From NCBI GenBank assembly GCA_963835065.1, contig CAWIEK010000044.1:32001-96000 (forward strand): DNA of 64,000 bases. The letters are read 5' to 3'. Source of the stretch: an uncultured Chthonomonadaceae bacterium (GTDB lineage Bacteria; Armatimonadota; Chthonomonadetes; Chthonomonadales; Chthonomonadaceae). Shown here one piece after another: positions 33,059 to 42,878 of this stretch. The translations under genes and the position numbers were made by a program. Within the stretch, counting starts at the first letter, position 1; each line of letters begins with the position of its first letter. The notes beneath the pieces are model-generated. The model saw nothing but the letters and a program-made list of their open reading frames with translations. It searched no databases and was not told where the DNA came from.

Positions 33059-35394
33059 ATGCCCGTCGCGGCCATGCACAATCAGGAGCCTGCTTTCCAT
33101 ACACTGACGGAAGCCGAGCGTCAGCAGGAGGCTTTGCGCCGCGTGGAAGGCTATCTTTATGAGACGGCAAAACCCCGCGTCACGTATGGGCCGAACGGCG
33201 CGGTTGTCGGCGTGGAGGAAACGGACGGCAGGCAATCCGTTTATACCTACTCCGATTGGGGCGATTTGATCGGCATCCGTGAACCGGACGGACGCGAAAC
33301 GCGCTACGAGTACGAGGCGCGGCGGCTGACCCGCGTTGTCTTCCCGGACGGCGGGGAAACTCGCTATGAATACGACGCGAACGGGCATTTGTCCACTATG
33401 TCGGAACGGGGCTTCGTGACCCGCTATGCTTACGACGCGCAGGGACGATGGACGCAATCCGTATGCGCGGACGGAACCACGACGGATTATATGTATGACG
33501 CGCAGGGACGTGTCATACGCGCCGTTGCAACCCCGCCCGCTTCACCGGAAACACAAACGCAAACCGACGTCTGCCAACTGCCCGTCACGATGGAATATGA
33601 ACACGACGCGCAGGGACAAATAACGGCGATTCATCAGGAAATAAACGGCGTCCGCGTAAGCGTCCGGCTGCGCTTCGATGCGTCCGGGCGGCTGTCGGAA
33701 CTAAACCTGCCCGGCCTCCCCGCGCCCCTCCGCTATACCTGGGACAAAACTGGCAGGCCGCAAACCGTCAGCCTGAACACGGAAAGTTCCCCTGTTCCCT
33801 GTTCCCTGTCACCTGTTCCCTTGCCTCTAGCGCAATTCGAGTTCGACGACGCGACCCGAACCACGCGGGTTCATCTGGCGAACGGCTGGGTTGAGGAGAC
33901 GCGAGCAGATAGCATTGACTGCCGCCCCGTTTCACGGCGGGTGTGGCATACGGAGCGGACAAACGAAACCCTGCTTTCGCGGCACAACACGTATGACGCG
34001 CAGGGCAGAATCATTGCCGATGGCGCGCGCTGCTACGATTACGACGTGGCAGGCCGGTTATGCGCCGTTCATGCCGTTCAGGAAGAAACTAGCCGCGCCT
34101 ATGCCTACGATTCGGGTGACTGTCTGCTGCGCGACAACGCTCCTGCCGATACAGGGGATTTGCGCGACAGCAATCCTGCCGATGCGGACGTTTTGCCCGT
34201 TCACGATGCGCGCGGGCGGCAAACGAGGCGCACAGATGCGTGCGGCACATGGACATACGCCTACGACGATGCCCACAATCTGCGCCGCGTTGCCTTAAAC
34301 GGTCAGCCCGTTGCCACCTTCGCCTACGATCACAAAGGCCAACTCGCCGCGTCGCAAATCGAAAACCGCGTGGAGCGTTACTTGTACGGGCCTGCCGATG
34401 AATTGCTTGCGGTCACGGACGCAGCAGGCAATCTAATACGCGCCGACATTCGTACTCCGCTCGGCCTGCTGGCGCAGATAGACGGCGCGGGCGATATTTT
34501 TTCACGCACAACGATGACCGCGCCACCTGCCTCGCCGTGACGGATTTGCAGGGTGCAGTTGTAGAGCGTTTTGATGTTGAGGCGTATGGAAACGTCGGCA
34601 AACCTTACTTCGCCGCCCTCGGCCTGTGCCACTGGGGGGCGCGGTGGTACGATCCGCAGGGCGGGCGGTTTCTGACGCGGGACACGTATACGGGAGCGCC
34701 GGATGATGCGCGGCTTGTGCATCCGTGCCTGAGCGCGGCGGAGCAGGGGAGGGCGCGGGCGCACATTTTGATGGACTGGCTCAAGCAGCCGCGCGTTCGG
34801 CGCAGTTATGCGTTTTGTCACGGCGACCCGATCAACTATGTAGACCCGAACGGGCATTGGGCGCTGGGCGGCGCGCTGCTGTCGCTGCTGGGCGCGATCT
34901 GGTCCCTGCCCAATACCCTGCTTGGTTTGCTGCTGGAAATCACGTGCCTGATCGGGGAAGTGATCCGCTGGCTGGCGTTTCTGATAAGCGGCGGTAAAAC
35001 CAACTGGCAGACGCCGGGTGTGGAAGGCATCGTTTCTTCATCGCGCTTGAATACGGTTGCGCTCGTGTTCAGTGGCGGCTGGCTTGGTTCCCTGCCCGGC
35101 ATGACCGCGCTCACGTTTGGCAATGTGATTTTCGTCAACAAGGACTGGAAAAGCAATCCGGCCATCAATCCCGCCGGCAACGTTCAGCCGCCCGCGTATA
35201 AGGGAACCGTTTCCCTGCCGGGCAGTCAGGCGCTGTATGAGCGTGAAATGCGGCGGGGCAATCAGTACGGCTGGTTCGGCCCGTTCTATCATCTTGGCGT
35301 ACCGACGTTCGGGCTGTACCTGTGGGATTTGCTCATCAACGGGCCGGACAAGTCGTGGCTCAATGCCGACGCGCATAATTATGGAGGCGTGTAA
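33059..35394 (+). CDS. Rhs/YD-repeat protein with C-terminal tip; split by a one-base frameshift in the T6 run at 34497-34502
   Basis: Many YDAQGR repeats; ARWYDPQGGRFLTRD and PINYVDPNG core end; adding one T gives a 778 aa ORF. Confidence 0.85.
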
Positions 35395-35397
35395 GCC

Positions 35398-36453
35398 ATG
35401 CCGCCCCTGAAACCCACGTTTACGCTGATGGCGGGCAGCCTGCATTCCACCACCAAAAGTCCCGTTGGCGGCCCCTCCCGCATTTGCGTGGAGCGGGACA
35501 TGGACATTGCCGCCGATTCTGCCCGCGTGTGGCTGGACGAGCGGAGCGGCGTGGAATTAGAAGATGCCATCACGCTGAAATTGGGCAATGACGGCGATGA
35601 AATGACGGTGTTTACCGGCAAGGTTGTAGCCCTGCGGCCTACGCTTGACGGCGTGATTTTGGAAGCGTTGGGCAGTTTGAACGCCCTGCTCAACCTGCGA
35701 ACGTCCAAAATGTGCCTCAACAAAACGCCGGGTGACATTGTAAGCGATCTGGCGTCAACAGGAAGCGTGACGACCGGAACCATTGACAGCGGGCCGAGCC
35801 TGCCCCGCTTCGCGCTGGACAGCCGCCTGAGCGCGTATGCCCACATCAAAGACCTGGCAGACCGATTGGGCTACGAAGTGTACGCGGATCGTGACGGCAA
35901 ACTGATGTTTCACGCATTGGGCGCGGCGGCAAGTCTGGATGGCGCGGGCGGTTTGAGCCTGCCGTCGGGAGTCGGGGGGGCGCTTGGCGGACTTGCGGGC
36001 GCGGGCAGTGACAGTTACGCTTACGGAAAGAACCTGCTTGCCGCGCAGAGCGAGGCGCGAACGGCGGGGTGGGGCAAAATCACGGTTGGCGGCGAAAGTC
36101 CCACATCCGGGCAGGGAGACAAGGCCGCGTCCTGGCTCACGGCAAAAGACACGGATTATGACGGCGCGGCAGGTGACGGCAAGCCGACGCGCTTGTATCT
36201 CGATCCCGCCGCGCGAACGTCCGATCTGGCCGAACGCTTCGCCAAGGGGCGGCTGGCAACTTCGCAGCGCCGCGCCCATCAGGTTTGCTTTACCACATTG
36301 GGCCGCGCCGCCTTCGACCTGGGCGATGATACGCAGGTGAGCGGCGCAGACGACGACCAGATTAACGCAAGCGGCTATATTCGCGCCCTCCGCCACCGCT
36401 TCGACGCCGAAACCGGCTTCGTAACCGACGCGCGGATTTGCGTGAAAAAATAA
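35398..36453 (+). CDS. Baseplate hub (gpD/gp44/gp27-like)
   Basis: VFTGKV, IKDLADRLGYEVYADRDGKL, GYIRALRHRFDAETGFVT. Confidence 0.75.
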   Translation: MPPLKPTFTLMAGSLHSTTKSPVGGPSRICVERDMDIAADSARVWLDERSGVELEDAITLKLGNDGDEMTVFTGKVVALRPTLDGVILEALGSLNALLNLRTSKMCLNKTPGDIVSDLASTGSVTTGTIDSGPSLPRFALDSRLSAYAHIKDLADRLGYEVYADRDGKLMFHALGAAASLDGAGGLSLPSGVGGALGGLAGAGSDSYAYGKNLLAAQSEARTAGWGKITVGGESPTSGQGDKAASWLTAKDTDYDGAAGDGKPTRLYLDPAARTSDLAERFAKGRLATSQRRAHQVCFTTLGRAAFDLGDDTQVSGADDDQINASGYIRALRHRFDAETGFVTDARICVKK

Positions 36454-36515
36454 CATTACTCTCCTCTTTCCAAAACAAAATGTGGGCGGTCAGGAGAGGT
36501 TAATCTAAAATGCCT

Positions 36516-36565
36516 CCCCTCTCCTAGCGAGGAACGAGCGTCCAGGAGAGGGGCCGGGGGTGAGG
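36516..36565. repeat. REP-like palindrome CCCCTCTCCT...AGGAGAGGGG-CCGGGGGTGAGG
   Basis: 10-bp inverted repeat with the characteristic GGGGTGAGG tail. Confidence 0.65.
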
Positions 36566-36568
36566 TAA

Positions 36569-37285
36569 GTGAGTCAGATCATTGACATCATACGCTGCGT
36601 GGTGCAGCAGGAACTCGCCCGGACCCGGACCAGTCTGCTCGGCGTCGTGACGGCTATTTTCGCGCACGAGGCCAAAGACGACAGCAACAACTACGAGGCC
36701 AGCGTCCGCTTCAAGCACGAGGATTGGGAACTGACGCGCATTCCCGTTGCTGTAGACCATACGGGCGCGGCCAGTCTGCCCGTTGTCGGCGATCTGGTTT
36801 TGGTGCAGTTCATTGACGGCGATCTGAACCAGCCTGTGATTACGGGGCGCTTTTACCATGAGGACAACCGCCCGCCCCTGCACAAAGCCGGGGACGTGAT
36901 GTTCGAGCAGCGGTACGAAGAAAACAACAGCCCCAAAATCAATCAATTGCGCTTTGGCGCGGACGGCGCGATCTATTTGCAGCACGATGTTACCAAACCG
37001 GAAGACAACAGCGACGCCAAAGCCACGATCAAGATAGAACCCAATGGTGATGTTACCATCAGCGCCAACAAAAAAGTCGTTATCAAACTGACCAATGATT
37101 CCAAGTTGGAAATCACCGCCGATGATCTGCCCTTCGACATCAAATGCAAGAAATTGACTGTTACGGGGGATGCGGAAATCACGGGCAAAACCACGATTGG
37201 CGGTGACACCACGATCAATGCCAAACTGACGGTTGGTACGGCGACCAAGACTACGATAGATGGCAGCACGATTACAGGGAGCTGA
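36569..37285 (+). CDS. Baseplate spike (gpV/gp5 OB-fold plus beta-helix)
   Basis: LPVVGDLVLVQFIDGDLNQPVITGRFY; C-terminal T/I/G-rich beta-helix. Confidence 0.85.
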   Translation: MSQIIDIIRCVVQQELARTRTSLLGVVTAIFAHEAKDDSNNYEASVRFKHEDWELTRIPVAVDHTGAASLPVVGDLVLVQFIDGDLNQPVITGRFYHEDNRPPLHKAGDVMFEQRYEENNSPKINQLRFGADGAIYLQHDVTKPEDNSDAKATIKIEPNGDVTISANKKVVIKLTNDSKLEITADDLPFDIKCKKLTVTGDAEITGKTTIGGDTTINAKLTVGTATKTTIDGSTITGS

Positions 37286-37295
37286 TACAACGGCT

Positions 37296-37718
37296 ATGGG
37301 AACGCTCACGCTCAAAGGCAAATTGAACCTGATGGGCAATCTGACGCTCAAAGACACGGTTGTGATTGACGGCAAGAAGGCACTGGTGCAATTGTCGGCT
37401 CCAAGCGATCCGCCCCACAGTACGAGCGGCATTCCCGTAATTATTCCGCCGCCGCCCGCTCCGAAGCCACTGGACGATGGCCCAAATGTATGGGTCATAG
37501 CCAGCTTTAATCAAACGGTGAAGGCCGGAAGTAAGCCCATTGTTGCGCTTGGCATGGCGATACAGGGCGCTACTCCCATCTGGCCCGGCATGATGCTGCC
37601 GAGCGTGGGCAATACGGGACCCGTCACCATCAACTTCATACCAATCAACGTAGAGAAAGACCAGTGCATCATTTTTCCGTCCGGGGCCAGCGCAGAGCTG
37701 AGTACAAGCGGGCAGTAA
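37296..37718 (+). CDS. Putative spike-tip (PAAR-like) protein
   Basis: Directly after the spike; three VxIxG-type repeats (VVIDGKKA, VKAGSKPI, VTINFIPI). Confidence 0.5.
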   Translation: MGTLTLKGKLNLMGNLTLKDTVVIDGKKALVQLSAPSDPPHSTSGIPVIIPPPPAPKPLDDGPNVWVIASFNQTVKAGSKPIVALGMAIQGATPIWPGMMLPSVGNTGPVTINFIPINVEKDQCIIFPSGASAELSTSGQ

Positions 37719-37721
37719 ACC

Positions 37722-38564
37722 ATGACGAACGCTGTCGCGCCGCAGGGCATTACCCAACTTAAACTGATCGTTGACGCGCCCGCCAACGGCGCGGTGTTTG
37801 TGGCGCCGGGAACGCCACCGGTGGCAGGAACGCCGCCGACAGCCAGCGTTGCTTTCGCGGGGCATGTCGTGACCCCGCCCGCAGGCATTACGCTGTTTTA
37901 TAAATGGTATTCCAGCCTGTATACTCCCGCCGACGCCAATCTTGTCGCGCTGAACGCGCCCAATTTTACGCAGACCGGCGGCAGCATTGCTTTACAAGTC
38001 GGAACGCACGTTTTAACGTTTACCGCGAAAGATCAACTCGAGGAAAGCGTGGCCGCAACGCTAAAAGTAAAATACGCAGGCTTGGCGGGCGGGCCACCGC
38101 AAAACCCGCAGCCCCCACCGGACAAACTGCCGCCGCCCTGCGTGATACACGTTTTCGCGGCGCAGTCGCTGTGGCCTAACAATGCAAACGGAGGAACGTA
38201 CACGCTGATTCGCGCCAATGCTGTATTTCAGGGCGTTGCCGCAACCGCCGCACATCAGGGATTGGAAGCCGCCGCGCCGTCAAAATGGACGAACCCTGCT
38301 TACCTGGCGCTCAATCGCATCAGTTACGTGTGGCGTTTTTCTCGCGCAGGCCAACCCGTCGTGGAACTGCGCCCCGCCGCGAAAGACTTGCTGTTTGTGC
38401 CTGCGCAGGGCACGGATGGCGCGCGCGTCCGTTTGCAAGGACCACTGCCTGCCACTCTGGTAAGCAGCGTTCCCTACTCCGTCAGCCTGCGCGTCGAGGA
38501 CATCAACCCGCCGCATCAAGGCCATAACGATCCGGTGACAGCCACGATTACCATTATTGGTTAG
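37722..38564 (+). CDS. Hypothetical beta-rich (Ig-like) protein
   Basis: 280 aa; LIVDAPANG, GTHVLTFTAKD Ig-like strands. Confidence 0.55.
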   Translation: MTNAVAPQGITQLKLIVDAPANGAVFVAPGTPPVAGTPPTASVAFAGHVVTPPAGITLFYKWYSSLYTPADANLVALNAPNFTQTGGSIALQVGTHVLTFTAKDQLEESVAATLKVKYAGLAGGPPQNPQPPPDKLPPPCVIHVFAAQSLWPNNANGGTYTLIRANAVFQGVAATAAHQGLEAAAPSKWTNPAYLALNRISYVWRFSRAGQPVVELRPAAKDLLFVPAQGTDGARVRLQGPLPATLVSSVPYSVSLRVEDINPPHQGHNDPVTATITIIG

Positions 38565-38574
38565 GAACAGTTTT

Positions 38575-39000
38575 ATGATTGACCGGGAATTGCTTTTCGG
38601 CAACGACATACAGGTGTTGGAGCGGGCGGGCGGCTTTGACGCGATTGCCGGGGGTGACGGCGATTTGCGCATGGCGCGAGGCACGGACGACATTATTCAG
38701 GCGCTGACCCTGCGCCTGCTGGTACGCCTGGGCGCGCTGGCTCCGCTCGGCTGGCCGGACTATGGTTCCCGCCTGCACGAACTCATCGGCGAACCCAATA
38801 ACCGGCGCACTCATTTGAAACTGATGGCTTTTGCCCGCGCCGCGCTGGAACTGGACGCCCGCGTGGATCAAGTAGCCGACATACAGGCTGAAATCGCGCC
38901 GGGTGAGCGCAATGCCGCGCGCCTGACCATTACGGTTGCCCTGATACAGCAGCCCACGCCCGTAACGCTGGTTTTTCTCGCCAATTTGGAGGCGCAATAA
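38575..39000 (+). CDS. Baseplate wedge gp25/gpW-like protein
   Basis: IIQALTLRL...PDYGSRLHELIGEP...DARV. Confidence 0.85.
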   Translation: MIDRELLFGNDIQVLERAGGFDAIAGGDGDLRMARGTDDIIQALTLRLLVRLGALAPLGWPDYGSRLHELIGEPNNRRTHLKLMAFARAALELDARVDQVADIQAEIAPGERNAARLTITVALIQQPTPVTLVFLANLEAQ

Positions 39001-40809
39001 ATGATTGCAGACCCGGGACGCCCGTTTTCCAAATCTTTTGCCGATCTCATTGACGCGATGCAGATCCGGCTTACGAGCGGCGTGGAAATGCCCGCTTCCC
39101 TGACACTTGCCTATCAGGAAGGGACAAGCGCGTATGACCTGCCTTCCAACCTGCTCACTCTGACGACGGTATGGGCGCAGATCGGCAGCCGCGTCGTGAC
39201 CTGTCAGCCGGGCCGCGATGCTACGATCAACAACGTCGTTACCGTCGTTGGCGGCGATTATGTGATACGGGGCAGCAAACTGGTATGGCGGGCCGTCAGC
39301 GCCACCCTGGATGCGCCGGAAACGCTGCTCGTGGCGGGCATGATGTTCACCATCGAGTACACGGTGCGCGGGACGCCTTCGGGCATCAACGATTTTCTGC
39401 CCGGTAGCATCGCGGGTACGCTGGTGCGCGCCATCACCCGCGAAATGACGCTGATGTACAGCCAGATTGACGAGGCGTACCGGCGCGCGTTTCTGATGCA
39501 GGCTGAAGGCATCGCCCTGGATAACGTGGTTGCGCTGCTCGGCGTGTACCGCAACCCGGCTGTGAAAGCGGTGGGAAGCGTCACCTTTTTCGTCAAACAG
39601 CCGCCACTCAAGCCCATTGCTATTCCCGCGGGAACGCAGGTCGCGGACGCGGGCGGGCGCTTGTTCGCCACGCTGGCGGATAAAACCATCGGCGTCACGG
39701 ATCAGAACGTGACTGTAGACGCCGCCGCTCTTGACCCCGGCCCGCAGGGCAACGCGGACGTAAATACCATTACGGTCATGCCAACTCCCCCGCGCGGCGT
39801 GGACAGCGTGACCAACATCGCGGCGTTTATGGGCGGGCAAGTCGCTGAAGCCGACGACGCTTTGCGCGAACGCGCCCAGCACGCGCTTGACCGGGCGGGC
39901 AAGGGAACCCTCAACGCCATCAAGTACGCCGTAAAAGCCATACAGGGCGTCGAGGAAGTGGAAGTGCGGGATCATACCCTGGACGGCACAATCCCGTTGG
40001 GCGAAGTGCATGTCTATTATTCCGGCGGCAACAACCTGACCGGCCTGGACAACAAGGTACAACTCGTCGTCAACGATACGCGCTCGGCAGGCATTTTCCC
40101 CCGCATCTTCACCATTGACAAGGTGAACATCGGCGGCGTTTTTTATCTGCTGCCGGATGTGGGAATTCCCGATACCGCGCCCGCCGCGTTCCGGCAGGAT
40201 GTGGTTGCGGCGATAACCGCGCTGCCCGTTGGCGGCGCCCTCTCCCTGCGCCGACTGAATGCCCTTGTTTACAATGAAGTGGGACTCAAAGACGTGGCGG
40301 AAGCGCAATTGACGTCTACAGTGCGCGGAACCACGCAGGCCATCGCCACAGACCCGCTCACCATCAAGGCGACGGACACGCTTATGACCAGTGGGGATGC
40401 CATCAAGGTCGTAGTGATACGGGCGCTCGTGATTACCGACAAGACAAAAATCACCGTTACGCATGACACGAAGGCCACGCCGCCCACCTATACCCTTACT
40501 TTTCCCGTGCAGTTGACGGACGGAACCGCGCCGCTTCCCTTTCTCAATTTCATCCTGAATATCAATGTCGCGCTGACCGTCACTTCCAAAACCAACAACA
40601 GCGTACAAACAATTATCGGCCCTTACCGCGCGGCGGCTGTTTTCAAGGGCGACGGCAAAACGGCAAGTACCGCAATGGCGCAAATCATCGTGCCGGACGT
40701 GCCGGGAACGGGACTGCCGGCGGACCGCATACCTCTCATCAGCGCATCGCTGTCGGCGGACGGCTACCCGGCCATTCCCGCCATAACAACCGACGTGACA
40801 TTGCCGTAA
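39001..40809 (+). CDS. Baseplate J/gp47 family protein
   Basis: AEGIALDNVVALLGVYR, GPQGN, GGQVAEADDALRER, GTLNAI. Confidence 0.9.
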   Translation: MIADPGRPFSKSFADLIDAMQIRLTSGVEMPASLTLAYQEGTSAYDLPSNLLTLTTVWAQIGSRVVTCQPGRDATINNVVTVVGGDYVIRGSKLVWRAVSATLDAPETLLVAGMMFTIEYTVRGTPSGINDFLPGSIAGTLVRAITREMTLMYSQIDEAYRRAFLMQAEGIALDNVVALLGVYRNPAVKAVGSVTFFVKQPPLKPIAIPAGTQVADAGGRLFATLADKTIGVTDQNVTVDAAALDPGPQGNADVNTITVMPTPPRGVDSVTNIAAFMGGQVAEADDALRERAQHALDRAGKGTLNAIKYAVKAIQGVEEVEVRDHTLDGTIPLGEVHVYYSGGNNLTGLDNKVQLVVNDTRSAGIFPRIFTIDKVNIGGVFYLLPDVGIPDTAPAAFRQDVVAAITALPVGGALSLRRLNALVYNEVGLKDVAEAQLTSTVRGTTQAIATDPLTIKATDTLMTSGDAIKVVVIRALVITDKTKITVTHDTKATPPTYTLTFPVQLTDGTAPLPFLNFILNINVALTVTSKTNNSVQTIIGPYRAAAVFKGDGKTASTAMAQIIVPDVPGTGLPADRIPLISASLSADGYPAIPAITTDVTLP

Positions 40810-40839
40810 CTTCCGATAGAACGCGGGGAACTTAAACCG

Positions 40840-42189
40840 ATGTCGTACAAAACCGACCGCCTGCTTGCCCTGCTGCCGGACGTTTTCGCGGTGGAAAGCG
40901 AGTCGCTGCTGTACCACCTGCTGGACGCGGTGGGGGCGGAGTTCATGCAGGCCGATGAAAGCATCAAGCGGCTGCTGCGCTCACACTGGGTCAACTATGC
41001 CGATGGCGCGGCGCTGGACGCGCTGGCTTCCATCTATAACGTGTCCCGGCGTCGGCTTCGCGACGGCGAACTGGAAAGCGACGATGCGTTTCGGCTGCGG
41101 CTCAAATCCGTCGTGGATTTGTTTACGGGCGGCGGCTCGGTGCGGGCCGTAAAGGGCGCGGTGCGCTCCGCCCTGGGCCTGCCTTTCGATCTGGATCAAT
41201 TGAACCTGTCGAGTGAGTTCCAGAGTTTGCGCGACGATATCGAAGCTCTGGTTGTGCTGGAAGAATTCAAAACGCAGTTCAGCACGGTCTTCGGCAACAA
41301 TGTACAGCGCGCGGGCGACCTGGCCGAACTGCGCGTCAGCGTGGACTCGGCCAGCACCAGCGCCGCGCGGCCCGAAATCCAGTGGCATTTTACGCGGGGT
41401 TCAGCCCGCCATCTTCGCCTGGTCGTGACGGGCACAACAGACGGTTTTCAGTCCAAAACCGGGTTCATTGTGCCGGAAGACGGGACCCTGTACCTGTCCG
41501 GCGACACAGATGGTAATTTGAAAGTGGTGTTGAACAGTCAGGACGTGAGCGCGTCCTTCACCGGCCTGATTACCGACGCCGATCTCAAAGCGGGCAAAAC
41601 GCCCCCGCCCACGCGCCTGCCGCTCGTGCCGCAGGGCCACAGCGAGTGGACGTTTCGGGCAGGAAGCGGCGTCTGGGACGAAAGCGTATTCGACGAGGGC
41701 CAATTAGGGGCGGTAGACAGTTTCGGCTCTTCGGACGCCGATGCTGCGGGCGTGGCCGCGCCGCAATTTGAAATCAGCTTGCAGCAGGGGCAGAAGACGC
41801 CGCTGGAGTTCGATGTCAGGGTTCCCTATTTTCTAAAGCAGGCGGTGGAGCAGTTGGCGTCACTGCACAACTATCCTTCAAACTCGCTGCTCGTGTTCGA
41901 GGGACTGCCGCCCGAACGCATACAGGACGTGGTGAACCAGACGCGGGCTGCCGGGGTGCGCGGCACGGTGCAGTTCACGCTCAACCTGTACGACAATCAT
42001 TTTCTTAACGATGTCCTGCGTTTGCGGTCCACGCAGCACACGCAGGAGGACGCGGGCGCGCGGGAGGGGCTGTTCGCGCTCGGCTCTGTAGACAAGGCAC
42101 AGGAAACGCACGATGTAGGCGAGGTTTTCTTAATCGGCAGCGTGTTTGACCGCACCACATTTAACGGCAGTTACGGTTTTGCGTTTTAA
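40840..42189 (+). CDS. Baseplate wedge gpI/gp7-like protein with insertion
   Basis: LLALLPD, ADGAALD, ESDDAFRLRL, RAAGV. Confidence 0.7.
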   Translation: MSYKTDRLLALLPDVFAVESESLLYHLLDAVGAEFMQADESIKRLLRSHWVNYADGAALDALASIYNVSRRRLRDGELESDDAFRLRLKSVVDLFTGGGSVRAVKGAVRSALGLPFDLDQLNLSSEFQSLRDDIEALVVLEEFKTQFSTVFGNNVQRAGDLAELRVSVDSASTSAARPEIQWHFTRGSARHLRLVVTGTTDGFQSKTGFIVPEDGTLYLSGDTDGNLKVVLNSQDVSASFTGLITDADLKAGKTPPPTRLPLVPQGHSEWTFRAGSGVWDESVFDEGQLGAVDSFGSSDADAAGVAAPQFEISLQQGQKTPLEFDVRVPYFLKQAVEQLASLHNYPSNSLLVFEGLPPERIQDVVNQTRAAGVRGTVQFTLNLYDNHFLNDVLRLRSTQHTQEDAGAREGLFALGSVDKAQETHDVGEVFLIGSVFDRTTFNGSYGFAF

Positions 42190-42226
42190 CATGGATAATG
42201 AAGGGTTGTTGAGAAGGAGGATCGCT

Positions 42227-42739
42227 ATGCAGGAGCGCAACGACATGCGCGGACAGTTGCGGATTGAGGTGCGCGACAGGGACGGGAACCTGGTGCAAAC
42301 GCAGGAGTGCCACAACCGCATCGTCCTGTCCGGGCGGTATCTGGTCGCGCACATGTTCGGCGGCGTACCCACCCCGGACCCGACGATTAAGCCCATCGCG
42401 TTTCTGGCGGTTGGCGAGGGAGCCGCAGCCGTTACGGATGACCAGACGGCCCTCGTCACCGAGCGCGGCCCGCGCAAGGCTATCACTAAAATAGATTATA
42501 CGGATTTTACCGACACGGGAACCAAGCGCGTCCGGGCGACGATCACGGCCACATTCGACTACAAGGAAGTCAACGGCAACGCGCCGCTCGTGGAAGCGGG
42601 CCTGTTCACCGATGACAACACGGTAGACCCCAAAACGAAGACGCCGAAAGCGGGAATCATGTACAACCGCGTCACCTTCAACCAAGTCAACAAAAACGAG
42701 TCCTTCCAACTCACGCTGCTGTGGGAGATTATTTTTTAG
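42227..42739 (+). CDS. Tail fibre attachment / collar-fibre-like protein
   Basis: NRIVLSGR, LAVGEG, LVEAGLF, MYNRVTF..VNK..LTLLWEI; AAGGAGG RBS. Confidence 0.65.
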   Translation: MQERNDMRGQLRIEVRDRDGNLVQTQECHNRIVLSGRYLVAHMFGGVPTPDPTIKPIAFLAVGEGAAAVTDDQTALVTERGPRKAITKIDYTDFTDTGTKRVRATITATFDYKEVNGNAPLVEAGLFTDDNTVDPKTKTPKAGIMYNRVTFNQVNKNESFQLTLLWEIIF

Positions 42740-42742
42740 GAA

Positions 42743-42862
42743 GGCCATTAGGCATGTAGGCATTAGGCATTAGGCATCGGGCATTAGGAAAGAAGGTAGA
42801 AGGCAGAAGACAGAAGCCTGATCCCTGAACTCCTGACCCCTGACCCCTGACCCCTGACCCCT
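42743..42862. repeat. Heptamer tandem repeat cluster (GGCATTA)n, (GGCAGAA)n, (CCCTGAC)n
   Basis: Visible tandem 7-mers in the intergenic spacer before the fibre gene. Confidence 0.85.
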
Positions 42863-42878
42863 ACTTTGAGGAGGCAAT

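Noticed and set aside
34497..34502. Programmed ribosomal frameshift in Rhs
   Set aside because: No clear stimulatory structure or biological rationale, and similar indels elsewhere point to assembly error
38554..40917. 787 aa minus-strand ORF
   Set aside because: Antisense shadow of gp25 and baseplate J genes, typical of high-GC codon bias
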